Assembly (NCBI GenBank): GCA_965215445.1
Contig: CBDCDT010000002.1
Span: forward strand, 1,253,260 to 1,317,259
Origin: Bacteriovoracaceae bacterium
Lineage (GTDB): Bacteria; Bdellovibrionota; Bacteriovoracia; Bacteriovoracales; Bacteriovoracaceae
Reading direction: 5' to 3'
DNA: 64,000 bases
The notes under the pieces: model-generated
What the model saw: the letters and a program-made list of their open reading frames with translations, nothing else
Told to the model about the DNA's origin: nothing
The model's database searches: none
Shown: piece after piece, positions 8,027-16,665 of the stretch
Numbering within the stretch: the stretch's first letter is position 1
How the letters are laid out: every line of letters begins with the position of its first letter
Program-made: the position numbers and the translations under genes

Positions 8027-9799
8027 GTGGTCATGGCAGAACGCAACATTTCCGTGTCGTCAGCAACTCCGCGGCCGACCTTATCGCCTTTGGTTTCTTC
8101 AGAAACGCCCACTCCCGCCAGTTCCCTGCAAAAAAGCGATATGGATTTCCTTTTTCCGGGGGAAAACTGGTTTTTTTACTGGAGAACCAGCGCTTCTTTG
8201 TGGGAGGCAAAGTTAAACCAATGCCCGGTGGGAACCCGGCTTTGCGTTCCCATTAATTGGGCCTTTCACTCAGAGACTGGTGATACTTTTGATTTTGCCG
8301 ATACCAGGCCGGAAACCGACCTCAAAAGACTTTTGGAAACTGCACGCAAGGGGGATAGGGAATTGCTTTTTCTGGTTCCTCTGGGGCCATGTCCTTTTCT
8401 TCCCAATGGAGGCCTTCCCGTTTTTTTAGCGCGCATTTTGGCGATGGATGAAGATGCCCATCCTCAGATTTTTGTGGACGGAGAGGGAAATCTCAACCGC
8501 TTTTATTCCTTTTTTGACCAACGTGTATTTAAGGGCTTTTCCAAATTTGTGCGCCAACTGGGGCGCTATTTTTCCCAGTCGGGAATTAATTGCGATGTTC
8601 TGGGATTTCACCCCGGATATTTGAAAGGAGAAGAGTTTCGACCCTATTTGCTGGATTCGTCCCGTGCTTTCAAATCGGCACTGGCCCAATATGTGCAAAT
8701 TCAAAGCAGCGAACAAAACGTGGAACCCACTCCAGAGCACGGGCAAAAGTGGGAATCGGATTTTGCTGCTACCATTGGAAACCTTTATTACCAGGAGGCG
8801 CAGACCGCACTCAAGAGCAACTGGGAAGGTACTATTCATGTCAATTTTTTGGGAGGGGGGATTCGCTCTCTCTTTGACCGCGCCTTTGAAAATGACAGTG
8901 CTCTCAGCTATTTTCTCCCGCTTTTTGAGATGGTTACTCACGGGCAATGGCCCAGTTCTGTCCTCTTGCCCGAACGTCTTAAAAAGGGGGCCTTGAAGGC
9001 CCTGTTACAAGATATTACCGATCACTCTCCATTGGCGGAATTAAAAGGCGGCGAATGTTTGAGTGACGAGGAAGATCGTTCTTTTCAGTGGCCTTTTCTC
9101 TTTGAAGTCTATGGTGATTGGGGAGAGAATGGCCTTTTAAATTATTTGAGAAAAACTCACCCCGGCCATTTTCGCCATCACTTGCGTACTTGGAAAAATA
9201 TTGATCGGGGAGAGCGTGGTCTCTATTTTTTTCAGGGGTGTGATGTCGATGAATCCCTGTTTCGTTATATGCTTAAAATTTTTACCGGCGGGGGAAAAGT
9301 CGTTTTGAACAGTTCCGGCATCAAATGCCAATACCTTGATAGATTCGAGGCCTTTTGCCTAGAAAACGATTTGTTAGTGGAACGGGTAAACTATCATGTA
9401 GAGGTTCAAAATGTGACTATGAAAGAGGGTCGTTTTTTAATTTTGGATGCAGGTGGTCTGACGGGCAAAAATAGTGACCAAACTTTGGCCTTCTGGCGCA
9501 AAATTTTAAAAACTTTTTCCGTGCGCTACCTCCCTATTCCCGAAGTTGAAGGGGTTTTTCACACTTGGAAATGGAGGGCCACACTTCACCACGAACTCAA
9601 GTATGAAGAGATCCGCCGGCTCAGTTTGTACAATCCCACTTCTTACAAAAAAAAGGTTCGCATCCCCATTCCCAAAGATTTCAGGCTTCTCAAAATTGAA
9701 GAGACGGTCAATGCCAAATTCAAAGGCCAAAGCGATATTTGGGAAATTGAACTTTGGCCCGAGGGAAGTATGGTGATGGATTTTGGGGTTATCTCGTGA
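8027..9799 (+). CDS. Hypothetical 590-aa protein (possibly a distant glycoside-hydrolase-like TIM-barrel; unverified)
   Basis: Long uninterrupted ORF with a GTG start 8 nt after AAGGAG. I recognise no firm motif. The N-terminus is S/T/P-rich. Confidence 0.6.
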   Translation: MVMAERNISVSSATPRPTLSPLVSSETPTPASSLQKSDMDFLFPGENWFFYWRTSASLWEAKLNQCPVGTRLCVPINWAFHSETGDTFDFADTRPETDLKRLLETARKGDRELLFLVPLGPCPFLPNGGLPVFLARILAMDEDAHPQIFVDGEGNLNRFYSFFDQRVFKGFSKFVRQLGRYFSQSGINCDVLGFHPGYLKGEEFRPYLLDSSRAFKSALAQYVQIQSSEQNVEPTPEHGQKWESDFAATIGNLYYQEAQTALKSNWEGTIHVNFLGGGIRSLFDRAFENDSALSYFLPLFEMVTHGQWPSSVLLPERLKKGALKALLQDITDHSPLAELKGGECLSDEEDRSFQWPFLFEVYGDWGENGLLNYLRKTHPGHFRHHLRTWKNIDRGERGLYFFQGCDVDESLFRYMLKIFTGGGKVVLNSSGIKCQYLDRFEAFCLENDLLVERVNYHVEVQNVTMKEGRFLILDAGGLTGKNSDQTLAFWRKILKTFSVRYLPIPEVEGVFHTWKWRATLHHELKYEEIRRLSLYNPTSYKKKVRIPIPKDFRLLKIEETVNAKFKGQSDIWEIELWPEGSMVMDFGVIS

Positions 9800-9801
9800 A
9801 G

Positions 9802-10206
9802 ATGAGTCGTCAAAACGCTGAAATCCTTTTTGCTATAATCGGTCACAGTCAAGGCTTTCATTCGGGGCCTTATCTGTCGGCGGTGTTTGGCCCTTGTGGA
9901 TTGGTTGAAGCAAGTGTTTGCGCCCAGGTTTTTTTTATGGCCAAGAAAACACAACCTCAAATTTCAGGGCCAGGCAAAGTCGGCCTTTTTTCCTCTTTGG
10001 AAGATATTGAAGAGTTTTGTCGCTTGCTCGCCTCAAAAATGGATAGTGAGCAGGTTTATCTCATGGATGTCCGGCAGTACGCCGATGCGCTTTCTTGCTC
10101 TGAGCATTTAAGTGACCTTCAGCGGGAACTGACCAGAAGGGGCAAGGCGGTTTATCACAGGCCTCAGTCTTCGAGGTCGGGATTTCTGGACAAAATTTTT
10201 TCTTAA
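9802..10206 (+). CDS. Hypothetical protein
   Basis: ATG lies 2 nt after the stop of the upstream gene. There are alternative internal starts (MAKKTQ...). No motif. Confidence 0.35.
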   Translation: MSRQNAEILFAIIGHSQGFHSGPYLSAVFGPCGLVEASVCAQVFFMAKKTQPQISGPGKVGLFSSLEDIEEFCRLLASKMDSEQVYLMDVRQYADALSCSEHLSDLQRELTRRGKAVYHRPQSSRSGFLDKIFS

Positions 10207-10224
10207 TGTTAGAGTGCCCAACCT

Positions 10225-11829
10225 ATGGACGTGCCAACAAAAATCATCGAGCGGGCAGAATTTGAGAAGAGGGGAAAAAACCTGGTTTTTCGCCAGGGTT
10301 CCAAACAAATTCTGGTTTTGGAAGTGGGCGACCAAATCTATGCCCTCGACAATCGTTGCCCCCACGAAGGTTATCCCCTTTCTCAGGGGGGGACGGATTC
10401 CAAGTCGTGCCTTTTGACTTGCAATTGGCACAACTGGAAATTTGACCTCAAAACCGGCGAGTGCACCACTGGCGGAGATAGAGTGAGGACTTACCCGGTG
10501 GATGTCCAAGGGGAAACTTTGCGTGTGGATTTAAGTGACCCCACGCCGGAACAGACTCGCCAAAAATTGGCGGGTGACTTGAAGATTGCCTTTCGAGAGC
10601 GCGATTACGGCAGAATTTCTCGGGAGGTTGCCCGTTGGGCCTTGCATGGGTTTGATCCATTGGAACTTTTGGGAAAGGCCATTTTGTGGTCGCACCAAAA
10701 ACTGGAGTGGGGTTCTACCCACGCCTTTGCCGCCAGTGCCGATTGGGTGGCACTTTATGGCCAGCACGATGAATGGAAGGAGAAAATTATCTGTCTCACC
10801 GAAACGATTGATTATATGGCCTTGGATGCTCTAAGGCATGCCGATTATCCCTTTGCTTCTCCCGCTCAAAATTACGACGAGGATGAATTGTTGGCGGCCA
10901 TTGAAAATGAAGATGTGGCCCGTGCCGAAGCCCTCGTTGGTGCGGCCTTTGAAGGCGGCATGAAATTTGGAGATTTAAGTAAGGCCTTTGCCAAGGCCGC
11001 GCTGGAACACTACAACGATTTTGGCCACAGTTTGATCTACACCGTGAAATCCGAGGAATTGTGCCGGTATTTGAGTGCTCTGCCCGATGCTGTTCAAATT
11101 GAGCGCGCTTTATCTTTGAGTCTGGCCAGAAGTCTTTGTTATGCCACCAGAGAAGACCTTGTGCCCGAATTTAAAACTCATGCAAAAACTTTAAAGGCCT
11201 TGGAGTCTTCCGGGGCGGGACAAAAGGATTGGGACGGGGGGGAACTAGAACGCATGAATGTGGCCCAAACCGGTACTTGGCTCGAAAATCATTATTCAAA
11301 GTACAGTGAGGCCTCTCTCTATCGGGCGCTTTTAAAAGCAAACGGTATGAATTTTTTGCGTTACGACCTCGGTTACCAAGCGGCCACCGAAGTCGGTGTT
11401 TCTTCCACCGCAAGCTGGCTCAGTTTTACCCATGCACTCACTTTTTCCAATGCCGTAAGGAGGGTGTGCGAACGCTTTCCCGAACTTTGGCCATCTGGCC
11501 TTGTGCAAATGGGCCATTTTTACGGGCGCAATACGGCCTATATTGATTCCAGCATCCAAATGGAGGATTGGCGGGTCGAATCTCCCGCCGGGTTTCGCGC
11601 TCAAACTATCGAGCAGCTTCTCGACCATGGCCTGGCGGTACCTATTTTCAGTGCGCACCTGCTCAAAACTTCCCTGGCGATCTTTGAGGAAGCGGGCCAA
11701 ACTTCAGAAGAGGTGGGGCAGGTTTTGTATGCGGCCCTTAATCGTTTTTTGCAATCTCCCCTTAAACAGCGCCACCCACGACGGATGGCCTTTCAGTCTC
11801 TTCAACTCGTTTCAAAAGACTTTCAATAA
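10225..11829 (+). CDS. Rieske [2Fe-2S] domain fused to a ~430-aa all-alpha domain of unknown function
   Basis: The N-terminus carries CPHEGYPL...(17)...CNWHNWKF, which is a CxH...CxxH Rieske ligand set. I do not recognise the remainder. Confidence 0.75.
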   Translation: MDVPTKIIERAEFEKRGKNLVFRQGSKQILVLEVGDQIYALDNRCPHEGYPLSQGGTDSKSCLLTCNWHNWKFDLKTGECTTGGDRVRTYPVDVQGETLRVDLSDPTPEQTRQKLAGDLKIAFRERDYGRISREVARWALHGFDPLELLGKAILWSHQKLEWGSTHAFAASADWVALYGQHDEWKEKIICLTETIDYMALDALRHADYPFASPAQNYDEDELLAAIENEDVARAEALVGAAFEGGMKFGDLSKAFAKAALEHYNDFGHSLIYTVKSEELCRYLSALPDAVQIERALSLSLARSLCYATREDLVPEFKTHAKTLKALESSGAGQKDWDGGELERMNVAQTGTWLENHYSKYSEASLYRALLKANGMNFLRYDLGYQAATEVGVSSTASWLSFTHALTFSNAVRRVCERFPELWPSGLVQMGHFYGRNTAYIDSSIQMEDWRVESPAGFRAQTIEQLLDHGLAVPIFSAHLLKTSLAIFEEAGQTSEEVGQVLYAALNRFLQSPLKQRHPRRMAFQSLQLVSKDFQ

Positions 11830-12491
11830 TGAAAATTGCATTTTTACTTTTTTGGAGTTCATTTATTTTTGCGCTCTCGCCTCCCCCCGAGGTTCCCGAG
11901 GGTGAACTCATAAAAGAAGATTTTATTTTAAAGACACTGGCCAAAAAAAAGGGCCAAGTCTGGCCGGAAATTGAAGTTTGGGCCTTTATCCAAGCGCCCA
12001 CTCTGGTTTCGACGGCCATTTTTGCCGCTTACGATTATCAAAAAGAGTATATTCCCAATCTTATAAGGAGTGAAGTTGTGAATCAACCTTCGCCCACGGA
12101 AGTTCACGTCAGCTACGAATTGGATTTAACCTGGCCGATTCCCAACCAGCGCTATACCCATGGACACCATCTCTCCAGTCCACAAAAGGAACACTATCGG
12201 GTGAGTTGGTTTGTGTTGCAATCCGATTCCATGAAAGCGCTGAATGGATTTGCCTACTTTCGGCCCTATCAGTTGGGAGGCCGTCAGGGCACTTTGATGA
12301 CTTACCGATCTCTTGCCGAACCCAAGGCCAGTTGGACGGGTATCCTGGGCCGCTTTATGGTCAAGGATGTCGAGCGCAGCTTGCGCACCACTGTTAAGAC
12401 CATTGAAAACTTGCATGCAGGGAAAAATCCCCTGATCGAGCGCTACTCGATCAAAATTCGCCGTGCCCTCAACGGGCAAACCGCCTATTAA
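11829..12491 (+). CDS. Secreted protein, tentatively SRPBCC/START-like
   Basis: The start overlaps the upstream stop (TAATG). It has signal peptide MKIAFLLFWSSFIFALS. The size and alternating pattern fit a START-like fold, but the assignment is weak. Confidence 0.45.
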   Translation: MKIAFLLFWSSFIFALSPPPEVPEGELIKEDFILKTLAKKKGQVWPEIEVWAFIQAPTLVSTAIFAAYDYQKEYIPNLIRSEVVNQPSPTEVHVSYELDLTWPIPNQRYTHGHHLSSPQKEHYRVSWFVLQSDSMKALNGFAYFRPYQLGGRQGTLMTYRSLAEPKASWTGILGRFMVKDVERSLRTTVKTIENLHAGKNPLIERYSIKIRRALNGQTAY

Positions 12492-15190
12492 TCGGAGAGA
12501 ATCTTGGCCACCAGCGTTTTGCAATCGGCACTTCTTGCGATTAATTTCTCGTTGGTGACCTCGGAAAAAGCGACAGTGTTTTCCAACATGGCCTGGTTAA
12601 TCAATCTTTCAAAGAAGACATCCATGCGTTCAGAGGCCCCTTCCAGTTTTTCGTGACTCATAAGGGCCAAATTTTTAATATTGTTTCTTACCCAATCGCC
12701 AAGTCTGGCACTTCTGACGCCGCGTTTTTTTAAGACGCCTACGAGCTTGTCAAACTCTTCTGCATCAATGGACGAAAAGTCGGTGAGATTTTGAAACACC
12801 ATTTCATCTACGATTTTGCGGGCCTCTTCTTTGCTGGTAAATTCTGCAAAAAATGCCTGTATGTGCCTGGCCACTGGTTCGAGGCGTTTTCCTTTTATGC
12901 TTGTAATGCTAAGAGCGCCTTTGGTAAGAATTTTTATAATTTTGTCATCGGCCATACTGCGTTTTTTCAAGGTGGCAGCCAAATTTTTAAGCTTTGCCAT
13001 ATCGGCAAAATAAAATCCATGAAGATTTTTAATAATCATTTCATCGACCGTTATTTTGGCCTTTTCAGCACTCAATCCGAGACTTTCAAAGAAGGCCTGC
13101 ATTTGGTTTGCTTTTAATTTCAGACCTTCGGCCTTGGCATAGGCAGTGCCTGCAACATTTCCCGCCAGAGTTTTTGCTATCTTGTCATCGGGGATGTTGC
13201 GCTCTCTTAGTGCGGCGACCAGCGCATCAAAGGGTTCGATTTTAATGCTTATAAAAACATCGAAATTGTTGAGCATCATTTGATCGACCACTGCGGCCCC
13301 AAAAAAGTTGTCCATGTGCTGGATCATCGGATTCAATTTTTTAAGTCTGAAGTCGGCAATGCCCTTAATATCCCCTTTGACTAATTCTTGCAGCAAAGTT
13401 TCCGAGAAACTCCGATTCCTAAGGTAGTTAAGTGTTATGTCCATCTCTCTGGGTACGATGCGGGAAATGCTGATCAAATCCTTGAGCGCAATTTGGTTGA
13501 CAATTTCTGCGGCATTTTTTTCGTCGAGAAAAAGAGCATCGAGGTGTTCGATTCCCCTCTTGAAATTTCTCGTCTTGATTTTGGAGAGGCCTTCGATATT
13601 TTTTCTAAAGGCCGGTTGTATTTTTTCTTTAGGGACATTTCGCTTTTTTAAAAAATCCTGGAGTTCGTCAAGTTCACTAGTGTCGAGATTGGTAAAGCGA
13701 GAGAGATTTTGCAGCATCATCTCGTCAGTAACCTCTTTGGCATCGCCTCCTCCACCAAAGAGGGCCTGCATATAAGTGGACACAAATTCCAAGCGTTTTT
13801 TTCTGGCCAGTGCCGTGCCTTCGGAACTTTTTATGAAGGCCTCGGCAATCCGTTTACCGGGGATGCCACGCTTTCTCAAAAAAACGGTGATTTGATCGAG
13901 TTCACGCAGGTTGATACGGGAATAACTGCCGAGATTTCCGAGCATCATTTCATTGGTGGCCGATTTGGGATTTTCAATTCCGACACTTTTAAAAAATATT
14001 TCCATGTGCCGAGTGATGGGTTTTAGGCGTTTTTCCCTGGCCGACTCTATCCCGTCGATATTTTTTCTAAAGGTTTGATTGATTCTCTCTTCGGGAATGT
14101 CTCGGTTGCGCATAAAGAGGCGCACTTTATCCAGTTCCTTAAAATTCATTGAGTAAAAATCGGTCAGATTTTTGAACATCATTTGATTGACAGCTTCCCG
14201 AACGCTTGTGAGTGCTTTGACTCCACCTCCATCAAAAAACATTTCTTCCAAGTGTCGGGCATTATTGCGTAGACGGCGGCTGCGGGCAATGGCGATGCCC
14301 TTGATATTTCTGGAAATCAGCTCTTTAATTTTATCTTCTTCGATGGGGCGACTTCTAAAAAAACGAATCACTCTTTTGAACGGTCGCAGTTTAATGCTGG
14401 CAAAATCGGCGGTGTTTTTTAACATCATGTCTTTAACAATCTCCCACGATTGCAGGTAATCATCCATAAAATCCAGGTGGTCTTCCAAACGGGAAACAAA
14501 TTCTTCCTGGTATTGCATATCCAAAGAAAAAAAGCGCTCCCACAAATGAGACATGGTCGCCTTGGGATCAAGGCCTTCCAGGCGGCCGCGTTTGTCGAAG
14601 ATATTTTGGAAAAGGCTGACCAGTTTATTTCCCTCCTTAACTTGATAGTGGCGCAAGTCTTTTTCAAGGTTTTCAAGTATGTCTTCAGGGGGTGTTTTTG
14701 TGGTTCTAAAAAAATCAATCAAAGCGAGGGCCACATTTTCATTGATATTTCTGTCCATGCCGGAAAGGGATTTCATGAGTTTGTTGGCGGCCGCCTCCTT
14801 GCCCGCCCAGGCGTAGAGCGTTTGCGTTGTTTTTTTAAAGACCCGATATTTTGTGGTTTTGAAATAGGAAGGGCGTTTCAATTGTTTCAAAGTCTCCTGC
14901 ACTCCAATTTTTTCTACCATCGACTGCAAAAATTCCCTCGCCTCCTGGGGCGTCCACCATTTGGTATTAATAGTGATTCTCGCCGACCAAAGTGGAGAGT
15001 CACCCTTGAGCTTCATCTTCTCTTCAAAGTGGGCCCCGTAATGTTTGCGGGCAAAGTCGATAAAAACTGAGGCGGCGGTCTCGCTCCTTTGAGTTTCCAC
15101 CACAAAAGGAATTTTGCCTTGCTCTTGGGCCAAAAGTAGAGAGGGCAGAAGGCCCGCTAAAAGGGAAATTTTCAATAAATTCAGCAACAT
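12488..15190 (-). CDS. Secreted tandem-repeat (alpha-helical repeat) protein, ~900 aa
   Basis: Start chosen at ATG 15190 (MLLNLLKISLLAGLLPSLLLAQEQ signal peptide, AAGGA upstream). About 8.5 copies of a ~78-aa repeat run from residue ~255 of the mature call to the C-terminus. Confidence 0.75.
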   Translation of the reverse strand: MLLNLLKISLLAGLLPSLLLAQEQGKIPFVVETQRSETAASVFIDFARKHYGAHFEEKMKLKGDSPLWSARITINTKWWTPQEAREFLQSMVEKIGVQETLKQLKRPSYFKTTKYRVFKKTTQTLYAWAGKEAAANKLMKSLSGMDRNINENVALALIDFFRTTKTPPEDILENLEKDLRHYQVKEGNKLVSLFQNIFDKRGRLEGLDPKATMSHLWERFFSLDMQYQEEFVSRLEDHLDFMDDYLQSWEIVKDMMLKNTADFASIKLRPFKRVIRFFRSRPIEEDKIKELISRNIKGIAIARSRRLRNNARHLEEMFFDGGGVKALTSVREAVNQMMFKNLTDFYSMNFKELDKVRLFMRNRDIPEERINQTFRKNIDGIESAREKRLKPITRHMEIFFKSVGIENPKSATNEMMLGNLGSYSRINLRELDQITVFLRKRGIPGKRIAEAFIKSSEGTALARKKRLEFVSTYMQALFGGGGDAKEVTDEMMLQNLSRFTNLDTSELDELQDFLKKRNVPKEKIQPAFRKNIEGLSKIKTRNFKRGIEHLDALFLDEKNAAEIVNQIALKDLISISRIVPREMDITLNYLRNRSFSETLLQELVKGDIKGIADFRLKKLNPMIQHMDNFFGAAVVDQMMLNNFDVFISIKIEPFDALVAALRERNIPDDKIAKTLAGNVAGTAYAKAEGLKLKANQMQAFFESLGLSAEKAKITVDEMIIKNLHGFYFADMAKLKNLAATLKKRSMADDKIIKILTKGALSITSIKGKRLEPVARHIQAFFAEFTSKEEARKIVDEMVFQNLTDFSSIDAEEFDKLVGVLKKRGVRSARLGDWVRNNIKNLALMSHEKLEGASERMDVFFERLINQAMLENTVAFSEVTNEKLIARSADCKTLVAKILSD
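12491..14428 (-). repeat. Protein-level tandem repeat region (~8.5 x ~75-82 aa)
   Basis: Units begin MMLKNTADF / MMFKNLTDF / MMLGNLGSY / MMLQNLSRF / IALKDLISI / MMLNNFDVF / MIIKNLHGF / MVFQNLTDF / AMLENTVAF. Each contains ..ELD....FL(R/K)(K/N)R.IP...I...F.KNI.G.......L.P...HM..FF. Confidence 0.7.
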
Positions 15191-15346
15191 AAGCTCGATC
15201 CTTTGGTTATTGGTTCGCTTGAAGGCGCAAAGCATAATTTGCTATTTTTGCCAAGTCAATATTTTTTTACCGAATGTGAAAAAAAGTATAGACAAGGCCC
15301 TTGACTCAGCCTATAAACAGCGCATCTATCGGAACATAGGAGAGAA

Positions 15347-16045
15347 ATGATGCTTTTTATTCTTGCCGCCTTCGTTCTTTTCACACCATTTGGCCATGCC
15401 GAAGAGCGGGCATTGTTGCTCTTCGATGAAGAAGAAAGGCCTCGCTGTCATATCAGCGGCCAATACAAAAATGACTTTTCTTCGGAAAAGATCGCCGATT
15501 TTGTCCGGGAAGGGGATTTGACGCAAGATTTGAGAGAGTGCGGCCGGGAAGACGTTCTCTACGCCAGCCTGGTTTTAAGCCAAGAAGGCCCCGTCTCCGA
15601 TACAACCTTGGTGCTTGCCACCGCCGTTCCCCTGGCCACCGCCCTGGGGTTGTCCACTTTTGCCCACAGAACGGGCCTGGCCTGGCCATTGCGCCTTTCG
15701 ATGGGGGTGATTGTCGGGACAAACGCCATGGCCTCTTGTTACGGGGGCAAGCTCTACTCCGAAGGGCCATCACAGTCAAACCACTGGTCTGCGGCGGGAG
15801 CGATAGGATTGCTCTCGGGATTTTATGCAACCACGCTTAGGTATGCGGATATGCCTAAAAGTATGAAATCAGTGTCGGGCCATGCGCTCAAAGATCAGGC
15901 CGTCAACCTGGCCGTCGCTTTGCTTGCCTATTGGTCGTGTCAGCGTATTTCTGCAAAAGAAGACGGCGAAGAAGACCAAGAAGTTTCTGGAACCTTTATC
16001 CTTTACGGGGAAGACGGCGAAGGCCCGGATTATATCGAACCTTAA
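15347..16045 (+). CDS. Hypothetical secreted/membrane protein, paralog 1
   Basis: AGGAGAGAA is followed by ATGATG. It has a signal peptide, the conserved N-domain LLLFDEEERPRCH...LRECGREDVLY, Gly/Ala-rich hydrophobic segments, and ends ..LLAYWSCQRI plus an acidic tail. Confidence 0.6.
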   Translation: MMLFILAAFVLFTPFGHAEERALLLFDEEERPRCHISGQYKNDFSSEKIADFVREGDLTQDLRECGREDVLYASLVLSQEGPVSDTTLVLATAVPLATALGLSTFAHRTGLAWPLRLSMGVIVGTNAMASCYGGKLYSEGPSQSNHWSAAGAIGLLSGFYATTLRYADMPKSMKSVSGHALKDQAVNLAVALLAYWSCQRISAKEDGEEDQEVSGTFILYGEDGEGPDYIEP

Positions 16046-16059
16046 AAACTGCGGGAAAT

Positions 16060-16641
16060 ATTATCAACCCTTTAAAAATCGCTCTCTGCTCAATTTTCCT
16101 GGCAAACCTTGCTCTACCGGCAAATGCCACCCCTCTCTTTTTATTGGATGAAGAGGGAAGGCCGCGCTGTCGGATGGGAGATTTTCACGAGCGGGAAAGT
16201 GACGAGACCCGTGCCTTGCGAGAATGTGACCAAAGCGACCTTCTCTACGGGGAAGTTTTGCAAGCGGGAGTTGGGGGAAAGGTCGCCGGCGTGGGCCTGG
16301 CCGCATTGAAGGCGATTATGAGCATGAGTCCCAGGGCCAGTATGCTTTTTTTGTCGGGACTCAACGTCGGAATGGTTTGCGCTGCCACCAGAATAAAAAA
16401 ACCGGGCGACCCCAAGAAAACTGAAAACGGAGTGGAAATTCTTCCGATCGACGAGGCGGTTACCCGCGGAGTGGACTACGGCTCTACCTACGCCCTGTGG
16501 AAGTATTTTGCGGAAATTGACCGTATGGCCAAGCTCTCCCGAACACAGGCGGCAAAAACGGTGGGCCAAAACCTCTTCAAGGGCCTTGGGGTGCAAATTC
16601 CGGTGAGTTTACTGGCCTTTTGGGCATGTCAGCGTTTTTAG
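16060..16641 (+). CDS. Hypothetical secreted/membrane protein, paralog 2 (start codon uncertain)
   Basis: It shares LFLLDEEGRPRCR...LRECDQSDLLY and the C-terminal LLAFWACQRF with paralog 1. There is no ATG/GTG/TTG ahead of the signal-like KIALCSIFLANLALPANA except far upstream inside paralog 1. ATT at 16060 or ATC at 16063 are the only nearby candidates. Confidence 0.5.
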   Translation: MINPLKIALCSIFLANLALPANATPLFLLDEEGRPRCRMGDFHERESDETRALRECDQSDLLYGEVLQAGVGGKVAGVGLAALKAIMSMSPRASMLFLSGLNVGMVCAATRIKKPGDPKKTENGVEILPIDEAVTRGVDYGSTYALWKYFAEIDRMAKLSRTQAAKTVGQNLFKGLGVQIPVSLLAFWACQRF

Positions 16642-16665
16642 CTTCGCCCTTTTTGCTAAATTGAA

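Noticed and set aside
7983-8216. 77-aa ORF starting at ATG 8025 with ideal SD spacing
   Set aside because: It lies out of frame within the 5' end of the uninterrupted 590-aa ORF, which shares the same SD via GTG 8027. Its product is R/P/W-rich with no features.
12491-14428. Whether the repeat array is a recent DNA duplication or an assembly artefact
   Set aside because: The units are only ~30-40 percent identical at the protein level by eye, and there are no long identical DNA stretches. It is an ancient, maintained repeat.
15931-16059. The ORF-track ATG start (15931) for the second paralog
   Set aside because: It would overlap paralog 1 by 115 nt and add an R-rich, non-homologous N-terminus ahead of the obvious signal peptide, so it was judged unlikely. 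The start remains unresolved.
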